This document shows positions 55,754 to 64,000 of a stretch of 64,000 nt of DNA, in pieces (positions within the stretch are counted from its first letter, which is position 1; each line of letters opens with the position of its first letter). Under the pieces are notes generated by a model. That model was given only the letters and a program-made list of their open reading frames with translations. It did no database searches and had not been told where the DNA came from. The position numbers and the translations under genes were made by a program. This DNA comes from a virus (Duplodnaviria > Caudoviricetes): positions 1 to 64,000 of the IMG/VR virus record IMGVR_UViG_3300047565_000101; one strand, given 5' to 3'.

Positions 55754-56538
55754 TATATTCTACCTCCGAATGCTGAAGATACAGCCATGTCTGCCTGCGA
55801 AGCTAAGCTATTAGCAGAAAAGCTGTAACTAACTTTTTTAATATTTACTGGAAGCTTCATAGCCTGTGTTAATGAGCTGTTAAATAATCTATGTACGCCA
55901 GACTTTTTAATTGATAGATTAACTAAATTACCAGTAAAAAATAATTTATAAGCAACCTTATAGGATCCAGTTGTAGCATTGCCACCAGGCCTTAGAACGG
56001 TCACTGAAGCCCCTTTGGGCATGAAAACAGTATAACCACCCTTGGCTTCGAATACGAGCCTCTCAGAGGCCTTAGGAGCGATTTTAACGGGGTCTCCCTT
56101 TTCCATCACAAAAGCTTTCTTAATAAATACATGTCTATTTTTTGTGCTTCTTGAAGGAACAAATGTTTTAGAGTCTAGAAAATCTGTAGTAATATTAAAT
56201 GATAGTCCAGATGGCTTATTTAAATACAACTTAAATAATCTATTATTTTTATTTCCAGTTTTCTTCCATTCGTAAACATGGTGAAACTGCTTAGGTTTAA
56301 TTCTTGCCTGAGCATCTAAATAGAGGCCGAAGTCTTTTTCGATTTGCTCAAATATTACTTTAGAAAATGCATTTTGGAATTGTTTATTCTTTGTTATTTT
56401 TGCAACAACATTAGCTTGATAAAATATAGCAGCAGATATCTGTGCAACCGTACTATCCTTTAAATGACTTCCTGGCTTGGATGTCATTAATGGCTGTAGT
56501 CTACTTGCTGCAGAAAGCAATAATGCGCTAGATTCCAA
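55753..56538 (-). CDS. Neck/tail-completion region protein
   Basis: Synteny; basic protein; TTG start inferred. Confidence 0.55.
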   Translation of the reverse strand: MESSALLLSAASRLQPLMTSKPGSHLKDSTVAQISAAIFYQANVVAKITKNKQFQNAFSKVIFEQIEKDFGLYLDAQARIKPKQFHHVYEWKKTGNKNNRLFKLYLNKPSGLSFNITTDFLDSKTFVPSRSTKNRHVFIKKAFVMEKGDPVKIAPKASERLVFEAKGGYTVFMPKGASVTVLRPGGNATTGSYKVAYKLFFTGNLVNLSIKKSGVHRLFNSSLTQAMKLPVNIKKVSYSFSANSLASQADMAVSSAFGGRI

Positions 56539-56953
56539 TTTGCTGATTCTCCGATCTCTTAGCGGTTGTGTTATATGCAATAACTCCGCCAAATGGATCA
56601 GTTACTGGGGTAACTCCGACTACCTCAAATACGGTTGGTGTCTCTGATGGGTAGTCAAGCTCAGTCCAAATATGGACTCCATCTTTTGTTCTTATATTGG
56701 TAATCTTATGCCTTATGTTTAATTTGTTAACAGTTCTAATCTGAATCATCTGATCATTGGTATAGCGATTATTAAATTCCTGCCTGTCGCTTCCTCTTGA
56801 TGATGTAGAGTTGCTAATAATGCCTTTTGCAAAGCAGTCTACAGATCTATCAAAATTCCATTCTTTCTTAATGGAGCCAGTTGAAGGATCTTGTGTTTCA
56901 GATTGGGAGTATACATCCAATCTCATAGGCAATAATGATTCGATTATATCCAT
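56528..56953 (-). CDS. Head-closure (stopper) protein
   Basis: Synteny; QDPSTGSIKKEW...FEVVGVTP. Confidence 0.65.
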   Translation of the reverse strand: MDIIESLLPMRLDVYSQSETQDPSTGSIKKEWNFDRSVDCFAKGIISNSTSSRGSDRQEFNNRYTNDQMIQIRTVNKLNIRHKITNIRTKDGVHIWTELDYPSETPTVFEVVGVTPVTDPFGGVIAYNTTAKRSENQQIGI

Positions 56954-57942
56954 TAAATTGCTACCATGCTGGTAACAACATAAGGTGACAATAGCTTGTC
57001 TGCGTAGAGATTACCAGTTCCATTTTGTGCAGCTCCAGTATATTCAAACTTCCAGTCAAATGCGCTGATGCTCTTAACATACTTGTTTCGCCACTCTGTA
57101 TCTTTTTCAAAGAATTGCTTCATTAACACTATACAGGCTTCTTGAATATCAGAAGGAACCTTTGACCAACCGAATCTTCCTTCCACTGTATATCTGTATC
57201 CATCTCTAAAACTACTTCCATCCCCACGATCATAAATTGTAGGAGGAACCATTCCGTTGGCTGTGTATACAACATTATCTGTCAGCTCTTGTCTATTTAC
57301 ACGAATTCCGTAGCCAGACTCTGATATAACTGGAGAATAGACCCAGTTGTCTACATCATTAATATTGTCTACTAGCAGTACATCATTTTCGTATAGCTTG
57401 TGAATTGAATTTATCTTGTATGGTAGAGGAAGGATATCTGATCCAAATCCGTATACGACCTGCTTGTCATCATACAGATAAAATGATTGCTCTGTGAAAT
57501 CTTCAATAAGCTTACGAGCATATCTTTCCGCTAATTGCATTTCGTAATATGTTTTATAGTTAGGGTCAGACGGATCTGTACCGACATTCATCTGGTCCCA
57601 GGCGTCTGAAAGATTTACATATGGTGTTACTACATCTACGTACTGGGAGTGTGAGGCTTCAGTACCATCTACCTGATACTCCCAGACGATCTTAAACGTT
57701 CTGTTTCTTTGACAAAACTGAAAGGGAATTACTATCTGGTACGTTCCCTCATCGTTGTCTAATTTGGTGGCAGTAATTACATCTAGGTCATCAGTAGATA
57801 ATACTAATGGATCTAATGTTTGATCTCCAGTCACATCATAAATTGTTGCTGTTACAACATCATCATCTGCTGCGATAATTTCTCCGCCCCAGAATATCTT
57901 TGTTTTAATTGGTGCTGTTTGATCTATGTAAATTTGTGCCAT
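56953..57942 (-). CDS. Head-tail adaptor protein
   Basis: ARKLIEDFTEQSF...GW..VPSDIQEACIVL. Confidence 0.75.
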   Translation of the reverse strand: MAQIYIDQTAPIKTKIFWGGEIIAADDDVVTATIYDVTGDQTLDPLVLSTDDLDVITATKLDNDEGTYQIVIPFQFCQRNRTFKIVWEYQVDGTEASHSQYVDVVTPYVNLSDAWDQMNVGTDPSDPNYKTYYEMQLAERYARKLIEDFTEQSFYLYDDKQVVYGFGSDILPLPYKINSIHKLYENDVLLVDNINDVDNWVYSPVISESGYGIRVNRQELTDNVVYTANGMVPPTIYDRGDGSSFRDGYRYTVEGRFGWSKVPSDIQEACIVLMKQFFEKDTEWRNKYVKSISAFDWKFEYTGAAQNGTGNLYADKLLSPYVVTSMVAI

Positions 57943-57952
57943 TTATTGAGAT

Positions 57953-58345
57953 TTAGTGGTAAAACTCCTGGACCTCATTTGGGGTAGCCAGTCTAAATCC
58001 CTCCTCCTTATCAAAAATTGCTTGTGCATCATTTTTACTCATAGCAACGAAAGGATGCTCTTTTGTAAAAGTAAAGCCAATAATATCATATCTAAAATTA
58101 GCTCTAGTCATCTTGACCAAAACTGTGTCTTCTGGGCTCAACTCTTTTTGTGCCTTTGGCTTGATCTCATCTTCGAGATCTTCCTCTTCTTCACGATCAA
58201 GAGTCTTTTCATAAATTGTCCAGCTAACACCTTCATCAGCCAATGCTGCAATAATGTCTGCCTTATTCTTTAAGCCTTCTGTATCTACGCCGAAGTCTTC
58301 TGCGACCTTTTTTAACTCTGAAACCTTAAGTGTTTCAAATGACAT
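57953..58345 (-). CDS. Rho-N/HeH-domain protein
   Basis: LKVSELKKVAEDFGV..GLKNKADIIAAL. Confidence 0.7.
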   Translation of the reverse strand: MSFETLKVSELKKVAEDFGVDTEGLKNKADIIAALADEGVSWTIYEKTLDREEEEDLEDEIKPKAQKELSPEDTVLVKMTRANFRYDIIGFTFTKEHPFVAMSKNDAQAIFDKEEGFRLATPNEVQEFYH

Positions 58346-58396
58346 AATTTCTCCTTAGTCTAAGTTCTTTAATTATAGCATTGATAAATTAAAATG

Positions 58397-58422
58397 AAAA
58401 GCCCCCGAATTTCTTCGGGGGC
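58397..58422 (-). terminator. Intrinsic terminator after capsid gene
   Basis: GCCCCCGAA-GAAA-TTCGGGGGC-TTTT. Confidence 0.85.
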
Positions 58423-58447
58423 AATTCTTTGGTATTTAGCTAATTAA

Positions 58448-59497
58448 TTAGCTAGCAACCTTAACGTTCTTAACAACGACCCAGGCATCTGCCTGCTCGA
58501 TCTGAACACCAACACGGGTATAGAGTGTATACTCGATTGAGTCCTTACGTGGCCAGAAGAAGCGGTAGACTGTAACGTCACGCTTGATACCAACAACAAT
58601 GTTGTTAGGGAATGTCAAGTGGATGTCACCGTGGCTGCCTGTCTCTCCTGAGTAGTCGCCGTCCTGTGTCTCGTTGAGAAGTGGGACTTCAACAATTGGA
58701 ATACCGAATGCATATGGTGCAACGTAACCAGCTGGGCCACCAAGTGGCTGTACATCGCCACGGATGATGCTTGAAGCAATATCCTGTGGGATTGTCTGGT
58801 TTGTTCCGATGCTGTTTGCATAGAGGAAGTCCTGGATAAGGTTTGATCCTGCAAGGAAGCGAAGGTCTGTGCGACGCTGCTTGTACTTACGTGGAAGTGC
58901 CTTAAGTGCTGAGTTAAAGATTGCACGTGATACTGCAGCTCCGCCAGCGTCTACGACGTGACCATTAGCCTTAGCCTTCTTAACAACACCATCAAATGAC
59001 TTATAAAGTGCATCTGATGTAAGAGCTGTATTACCATTGAGGATTACATCTTCAATGTCGTTACCTGCCTGTGTTGCCATCATTCGTGCGATGTGATCTT
59101 CTAGATCTGGACCCTCGATATTATCTTCGAGTGACTCTGTTGAAAGCTCCCAATCTAAACGGAGCTTCTTTGTTGAGAGAGAAATCTTGGAGAATGTGAC
59201 TGCAGAGTTAGCTGCTGTGTCATCACCTTCGGTTGCAAGCTTCATAAGCTTCTCACCTACGCCAATACGATCAATCTCGGTTGTATCTGACTTCATACGA
59301 ACTGTACGAGCGACCTTACCGATTACGGTAGCGTCGAACATATAGTCTAGGAAGCGAGCTGACTGCTCTGGGTTAAGCAAACCGCCGTTACCCTCAGCAC
59401 CAACATGGATACCTGTTGTAGAATCTGCTGATCCTGACATAGAACCTGTTGCTGTTGTGTTTGCTGCGATTGTTTTTTCTAACATTTCATTGCTCAT
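58448..59497 (-). CDS. Major capsid protein (HK97 fold)
   Basis: GGLLNPEQSARF, ESLEDNIEG, strongly biased codons, synteny. Confidence 0.9.
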   Translation of the reverse strand: MSNEMLEKTIAANTTATGSMSGSADSTTGIHVGAEGNGGLLNPEQSARFLDYMFDATVIGKVARTVRMKSDTTEIDRIGVGEKLMKLATEGDDTAANSAVTFSKISLSTKKLRLDWELSTESLEDNIEGPDLEDHIARMMATQAGNDIEDVILNGNTALTSDALYKSFDGVVKKAKANGHVVDAGGAAVSRAIFNSALKALPRKYKQRRTDLRFLAGSNLIQDFLYANSIGTNQTIPQDIASSIIRGDVQPLGGPAGYVAPYAFGIPIVEVPLLNETQDGDYSGETGSHGDIHLTFPNNIVVGIKRDVTVYRFFWPRKDSIEYTLYTRVGVQIEQADAWVVVKNVKVAS

Positions 59498-59513
59498 TAT
59501 TTTTTCACCTACC

Positions 59514-60827
59514 TTATTTGACTAGTTCATTTACGGAACCGAGGAAAGAACCGTTCCATCGTGATTTTTTGATTGTAACTTCCTGAGATCCGCCAAGATC
59601 TAAGGACTTCTTAATTGCTGTCTCTGCTTCAACAGCATCGACACGCTTCTGGACACCATCAATGGTGCCTCTTATATCTTCAACAGCCTTGCTAAGAATA
59701 GCATGCTGTTCTGCCAACTCTGTAAATCGGCTATCAACGCTCTTGCTGAATGAATCAACAGTAGTTGTGATAGCTCCAACCTGCTCTGCATTTGCAGAAC
59801 TAGCCTTACTAAGAGTCTCTGAGAAAAATACCTTTAGGTCGCCAAGCATCTTTGCAAAATCAGGTTCATCAACCTCAACTTCGGATACGTTGGCTGCTTT
59901 TTCCAGAGTTTCGGCAGGAGCGTCTTCAACAACTGGAGCCTCTTCGACTGCAGGTGTTTCTTCAGCAACAACTGTTTCTTCGACAGCTGGTGCTTCTTCT
60001 ACGGCAGTAACTTCTGCTACTACGTTTTCTGTATTTTCTGACACTGTATTACCTCCTTCTGCGTTTGCCTGTTTTGCAATTGTTTGTGCAGGCAACGATA
60101 ATCTTGATCTGAATGAATCAAGAATTCTATTTATTTCTTTGCTCTTATTAACATCATTACTCTCAACCCAACCAATTAATTCTGCTGGCTTACCAGTGAT
60201 TGGTGAATCATATGCGGAATCCTTAGAGATAAATACCTTATCTGATTCTTCGCAATAAAAAATATTTTCTGTTTGTGTCTCTGCTGCAATTCCCTTGAAT
60301 ACGAATTGTCCGTTCATCTTTTGAACCGATAGGATGTTACATAGTTCATTTGCTGGTGAGTCTACGATTGATAGCTCCATCAAAGCATACTTCTTAATAA
60401 ATCTAACTGCCTGTCCTGTTGACTTGTTTACTTCGTTATCTGACTCTATAATCTTTCCGCCGATTGAGAATCCAGTTAGAGTTCCGTCAAGAACCTTTTC
60501 CCAAGTATCCTGTGCACCCTTTGAAACATATGCATCTACATAAACGCCATTATAAAATTCACCAGTTGTCTGATCATAGAAAGTTTCTGGTCTGAATGAG
60601 ATCATCTTTCCAACAGCATTAGATCCATGCATCTCACGAATGTTTCCACGGAAATTTTCAAATGCTTCGAGACTTGCTTCTGCTGTTACAAGGTCTCCAG
60701 TTTGATCAACGTTGTCCAGGGTTGCGAATCCAGACACAGTTCTCTTCTCACGATTAACTTTTGTAAATGGGACGGAAAGAGTAATGTCGTTTCCGCTTGA
60801 AGACCATAATGATTTCTCGATGTTCAT
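59514..60827 (-). CDS. Prohead protease fused to scaffold
   Basis: IREMH, GFSIGG, ELSIVDSPAN; acidic/coiled-coil C-terminus. Confidence 0.88.
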   Translation of the reverse strand: MNIEKSLWSSSGNDITLSVPFTKVNREKRTVSGFATLDNVDQTGDLVTAEASLEAFENFRGNIREMHGSNAVGKMISFRPETFYDQTTGEFYNGVYVDAYVSKGAQDTWEKVLDGTLTGFSIGGKIIESDNEVNKSTGQAVRFIKKYALMELSIVDSPANELCNILSVQKMNGQFVFKGIAAETQTENIFYCEESDKVFISKDSAYDSPITGKPAELIGWVESNDVNKSKEINRILDSFRSRLSLPAQTIAKQANAEGGNTVSENTENVVAEVTAVEEAPAVEETVVAEETPAVEEAPVVEDAPAETLEKAANVSEVEVDEPDFAKMLGDLKVFFSETLSKASSANAEQVGAITTTVDSFSKSVDSRFTELAEQHAILSKAVEDIRGTIDGVQKRVDAVEAETAIKKSLDLGGSQEVTIKKSRWNGSFLGSVNELVK

Positions 60828-60880
60828 ATCCTTAATTTTATTACGCTATATATAAAAAGGCAAATAGTAGTCGATTGCGA

Positions 60881-62461
60881 TTAATCGACTTGACTACCGT
60901 CACCCTTTGCATTTCTTCCTTCACCAGAAATATCTGGCGATGTGGCTTCTCTATCCTTGTCTCTTGTTCTTGAATTATTAGCTTGGGCTCTTATTTCCGC
61001 CTGTGCCTGTGGCTTTAAATCAACTGGGACATCTCCACCATCTAGTGGGATCATGCCCTTTCTAATTCTAACCTCATTAGGGACAATGACCTTCATTCTC
61101 AAATATCTTTCATCAATCTTAGACTGAGTATCCTCGTCTGTGAGTGTCAATTCATTGAATTTAAGAGAGAGGGCATCTGTCTTTTCGCTAAATATATTAT
61201 TAATCTTTTTCTCAAGAATCATCTGAGCTGGTCGGCAGACCTGCTCTTTAAATGTCTTGTCAGCATCTCTTGCAACTGCTAGATTTACTCCCTCTGGAGT
61301 ACCAATTTTATTAATAGGAACACGATGAGCTAAAAGAATTTGATCACGGTTCATTAAGTGGTACTTTGTAAATGAAGACTCTTGAGCTCCTGACTCAATT
61401 GGCTCCATTTTGAATTCTGACTTCTCATCTGGTTTATCTGCTGGAAGCGGAATATATAGAGATCTATGATTCTTGCCCTTTAGTCCAACCTGGAAAAATT
61501 CTAGAAGCTTTCTTTCTGACTCTGGTGAAAGCTTTGCTCCCTTTACTGTGATAATATATCTTGGAACCGCCTTATTTTCAAAGTAGTCCAAGTTATACTT
61601 TCCTGCAAATTCATTTCCAGCTAAAGCATTCTGTGCAGCAATAATATCTGGTACACCATAGTAGTTATTCTGTGGGGTGTACTTCTTAAGATGAATAATC
61701 TCATTAGGTCTATCTAGTCCGCCAGCAATTGGATTAGGTGTGTCCTGATCTCCGAAGTTTCTAAAGAATACAGCCTTGCCATAAAGCAATTGAACAAATC
61801 CATCACGTAGTCTTCTAATACGCATTGTCTTTGCAGGGATATGTCCGATATATCCGATACCACCATTTGTTGTTCTTCCAATTTCAATAAAGCCATTACC
61901 AGTTGCCTCAAGGTCGGTATAAGCCTTAATTAAAGTTTCAGTAAAAGTCTCTTCTTCATTTGTAGATTCAAGCCAAGCCTCAAGATCTTGTCTTAGCTTA
62001 TTTAGCTTTTTGCGAGCTCTCTCTAATTGCTTCTCATCTGCAATGGAATCAAATGCATCATTTGTTCTCTGTGTTTCAACAAAAGAATAACCTAGGCCAA
62101 CAATATTTGAAACCTTTGCATTAATCGCTGCATAGTTGTATGTAGAAATCTCATATACTTTTGAAAGGTACTCAAGATTATATGGTGGCTGAACAAGGTC
62201 AAACATAGCATAACCGCTAATTGCTTGAGCTAATAAATTCTGCTGGGTGCCTGCTCCATCTACACCATTAAATGCCTTTGTGAATTCACGTGACATCTTG
62301 CGTCTAAAAGCTGGGCTTAATCCATGAAGCTTTTGAAGATCCTCTTTGCCCATATTAAATGGGTCTGTTGAGATCTCATCCTTAACAGTATTGAACTTAT
62401 TCCAGTCATCAACATTGCTAAGCTGGATCATATCGTCTTCTTTGTCTTCAATAAATTCCAT
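60881..62461 (-). CDS. Portal protein
   Basis: TGNGFIEI.R, EIIHLK...YYGVP, YFENKAVP, NEVR. Confidence 0.9.
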   Translation of the reverse strand: MEFIEDKEDDMIQLSNVDDWNKFNTVKDEISTDPFNMGKEDLQKLHGLSPAFRRKMSREFTKAFNGVDGAGTQQNLLAQAISGYAMFDLVQPPYNLEYLSKVYEISTYNYAAINAKVSNIVGLGYSFVETQRTNDAFDSIADEKQLERARKKLNKLRQDLEAWLESTNEEETFTETLIKAYTDLEATGNGFIEIGRTTNGGIGYIGHIPAKTMRIRRLRDGFVQLLYGKAVFFRNFGDQDTPNPIAGGLDRPNEIIHLKKYTPQNNYYGVPDIIAAQNALAGNEFAGKYNLDYFENKAVPRYIITVKGAKLSPESERKLLEFFQVGLKGKNHRSLYIPLPADKPDEKSEFKMEPIESGAQESSFTKYHLMNRDQILLAHRVPINKIGTPEGVNLAVARDADKTFKEQVCRPAQMILEKKINNIFSEKTDALSLKFNELTLTDEDTQSKIDERYLRMKVIVPNEVRIRKGMIPLDGGDVPVDLKPQAQAEIRAQANNSRTRDKDREATSPDISGEGRNAKGDGSQVD

Positions 62462-62463
62462 GG

Positions 62464-62811
62464 CTAGTTTTGCCCTCCGCTTTTAAGAGCTTTCATCTCG
62501 TCCTTATAGTTTCCAATATCAAATGGATCTGGTACGAGTCCCCACTCTAGTCTTTTCTTTTGATACTCAAATTCTTCATCATCAATTTTTCTTTTGCCTG
62601 GAAGGAACTTGGGCTGACCGTCATCTATTCCGTAGCCACGAACTGCTTCTGCTAGCAAGGATATTCTTTGCTTATTGCCAATCTTTGAAGTAATTGATAG
62701 ATAGTTTCCATCATCGTCACCAATCCAGCGTCCATCTGGCATTTCCCATACGTATATGCCAAGCGTAGTCTCATCGTCAATTACCTGTTGATTTATTTTT
62801 TGAATGTCCAT
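62464..62811 (-). CDS. Hypothetical protein
   Basis: ORF upstream of portal. Confidence 0.7.
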   Translation of the reverse strand: MDIQKINQQVIDDETTLGIYVWEMPDGRWIGDDDGNYLSITSKIGNKQRISLLAEAVRGYGIDDGQPKFLPGKRKIDDEEFEYQKKRLEWGLVPDPFDIGNYKDEMKALKSGGQN

Positions 62812-62873
62812 AGATATACATTCTACCATTCTTCTCTATACAAGTCCAGATTTTGTCACGTACGATGACAGAA

Positions 62874-64000
62874 TTATACGTTTTGTACAACTATCCAGTC
62901 ATTATTATAGGCTTTAACTGGGCTTTCTGTCAGCGTAATTGTCGCATCTTCAACCAGCACAAGGCTGTTTCCAGTGTATGCATTGTAATGATCCTGCGTG
63001 TCCTCTAAAGAAAACTGGTCTTCATAAGTAGCTATATTCTGATATAAAGCTTCTACGGCACCATAGAGAGAGTGGTTAAATTTAATTACATTTGAAATTG
63101 GCTGTGTAAACACTATAACAACATGATGTAGCTGGCCAGTCTTAAATACGTTAGAAACGCTTGTTTCAGATACCTTATCAACACCATTTACATATATGGC
63201 AGAAATATTAGACTTTGATATTGTGCCAGAATTTCTCCAAGAATAATTAGCAGCAAAATAATTAGTGTCCGCTACTGCTGATACTAGGCCACTATCAGTT
63301 AATGCATATGGGGTATAGAAAAATTCTAATGTATTTACAAGCATATCTGTTGTTATATAGAACCCTGAGTCTTGAACGGTCTTTACTCCATTGAGGTCAT
63401 TTCTGGACAAAATTGGATAAAGCTTGCTTCCAAGGTCAACCTCAAGAGAAGTAACATTTGAATCATCTTCAATCTTTGACAGGTAAGATGGATAATTTGT
63501 AGCATATATCTTTTGGTCATTATAGAATCGCATAGTCAAGTACGTTATCTCTGGGTTATACTTGCTATCATCTGACGTGCTTAATGTAACTCTTATATAT
63601 AGAATTCTTTCATCAGAGAAGCCCACATCACCAATTATATATTGTGGAATGGATCTTCCATTAACACACTCTACATAGGTTTCTCCATCAATACTTGTTT
63701 CTACTGTTACTAGCTCTCCGCCGTCCCATTCTATATAAGAGTCATCTATAGTCAATCCAGATGGAATAGAAATAACATCATCAAATGATACTGACTGGAT
63801 GTCGCCATTTTCAGTAGTAATTTTTAATGACTTTTTTACTTCATCATATTCTAATAAATCTGAAGCAAAGTATGAAAAGCTTTTATTTCCTGGATAGGAA
63901 TAGGAATACTGCTTTGATATTCCGTTATCAAATATCTCAAATAAATGTCCATTATTAGGAGCTACTACCTGAAGTGCTGGCATCCCGCTTCCATACACAT
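62874..64000 (-). CDS. Virion structural protein, 5'-truncated by window edge
   Basis: Open to the edge; LamG-like IYVNG...HHVVIVF. Confidence 0.6.
   Translation of the reverse strand, partial: VYGSGMPALQVVAPNNGHLFEIFDNGISKQYSYSYPGNKSFSYFASDLLEYDEVKKSLKITTENGDIQSVSFDDVISIPSGLTIDDSYIEWDGGELVTVETSIDGETYVECVNGRSIPQYIIGDVGFSDERILYIRVTLSTSDDSKYNPEITYLTMRFYNDQKIYATNYPSYLSKIEDDSNVTSLEVDLGSKLYPILSRNDLNGVKTVQDSGFYITTDMLVNTLEFFYTPYALTDSGLVSAVADTNYFAANYSWRNSGTISKSNISAIYVNGVDKVSETSVSNVFKTGQLHHVVIVFTQPISNVIKFNHSLYGAVEALYQNIATYEDQFSLEDTQDHYNAYTGNSLVLVEDATITLTESPVKAYNNDWIVVQNV

Noticed and set aside
4967-60543. Long plus-strand ORFs (e.g. 4967..5305, 12296..12919, 59662..60258)
   Set aside because: Antisense shadows of Ala/Glu-rich minus-strand genes, with no RBS or domain motifs.
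1-64000. Stop-codon reassignment, inteins or prophage status
   Set aside because: Core genes are full length in code 11, no suppressor tRNA, normal DnaE/DnaB/RecA/TerL sizes, and no integrase or host flank visible.

Overview
A 64-kb internal segment of a large lytic-type siphovirus (Caudoviricetes). The host is most likely a low-GC freshwater Actinobacterium, inferred from whiB, pervasive leaderless genes, CCA-less tRNAs and a secreted surface protein of that style. Essentially all genes are on the minus strand; the plus-strand ORFs are antisense shadows. Reading in transcription order (right to left): portal, prohead protease/scaffold, major capsid, neck, major tail, frameshifted tail chaperones, a 2152-aa tape measure, tail/baseplate proteins and a Cys-rich fibre. 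Next is a replication/recombination module (metallophosphoesterase, DnaB, primase, SSB, DnaE, MazG-like, RecA, Cas4-like and RuvC-like nucleases), then a glycosyl/methyltransferase cassette, terminase, HNH, CHAP endolysin and IMPDH/GMPR. The left end is an accessory region with secreted surface proteins, WhiB, an HslV-like protease, a subtilase, thioredoxin, ThyX, a minimal CDGSH peptide and GroES. Ten tRNA genes are present. The most unusual signals are: structured non-tRNA RNAs packed between tRNAs; a covarying H-type pseudoknot present twice; a tail fibre with a nested out-and-back Cys4 repeat stalk; and tandem paralogs with conserved DNA blocks around variable segments at the left edge. 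All calls are by eye from motifs and synteny; no database search was run.
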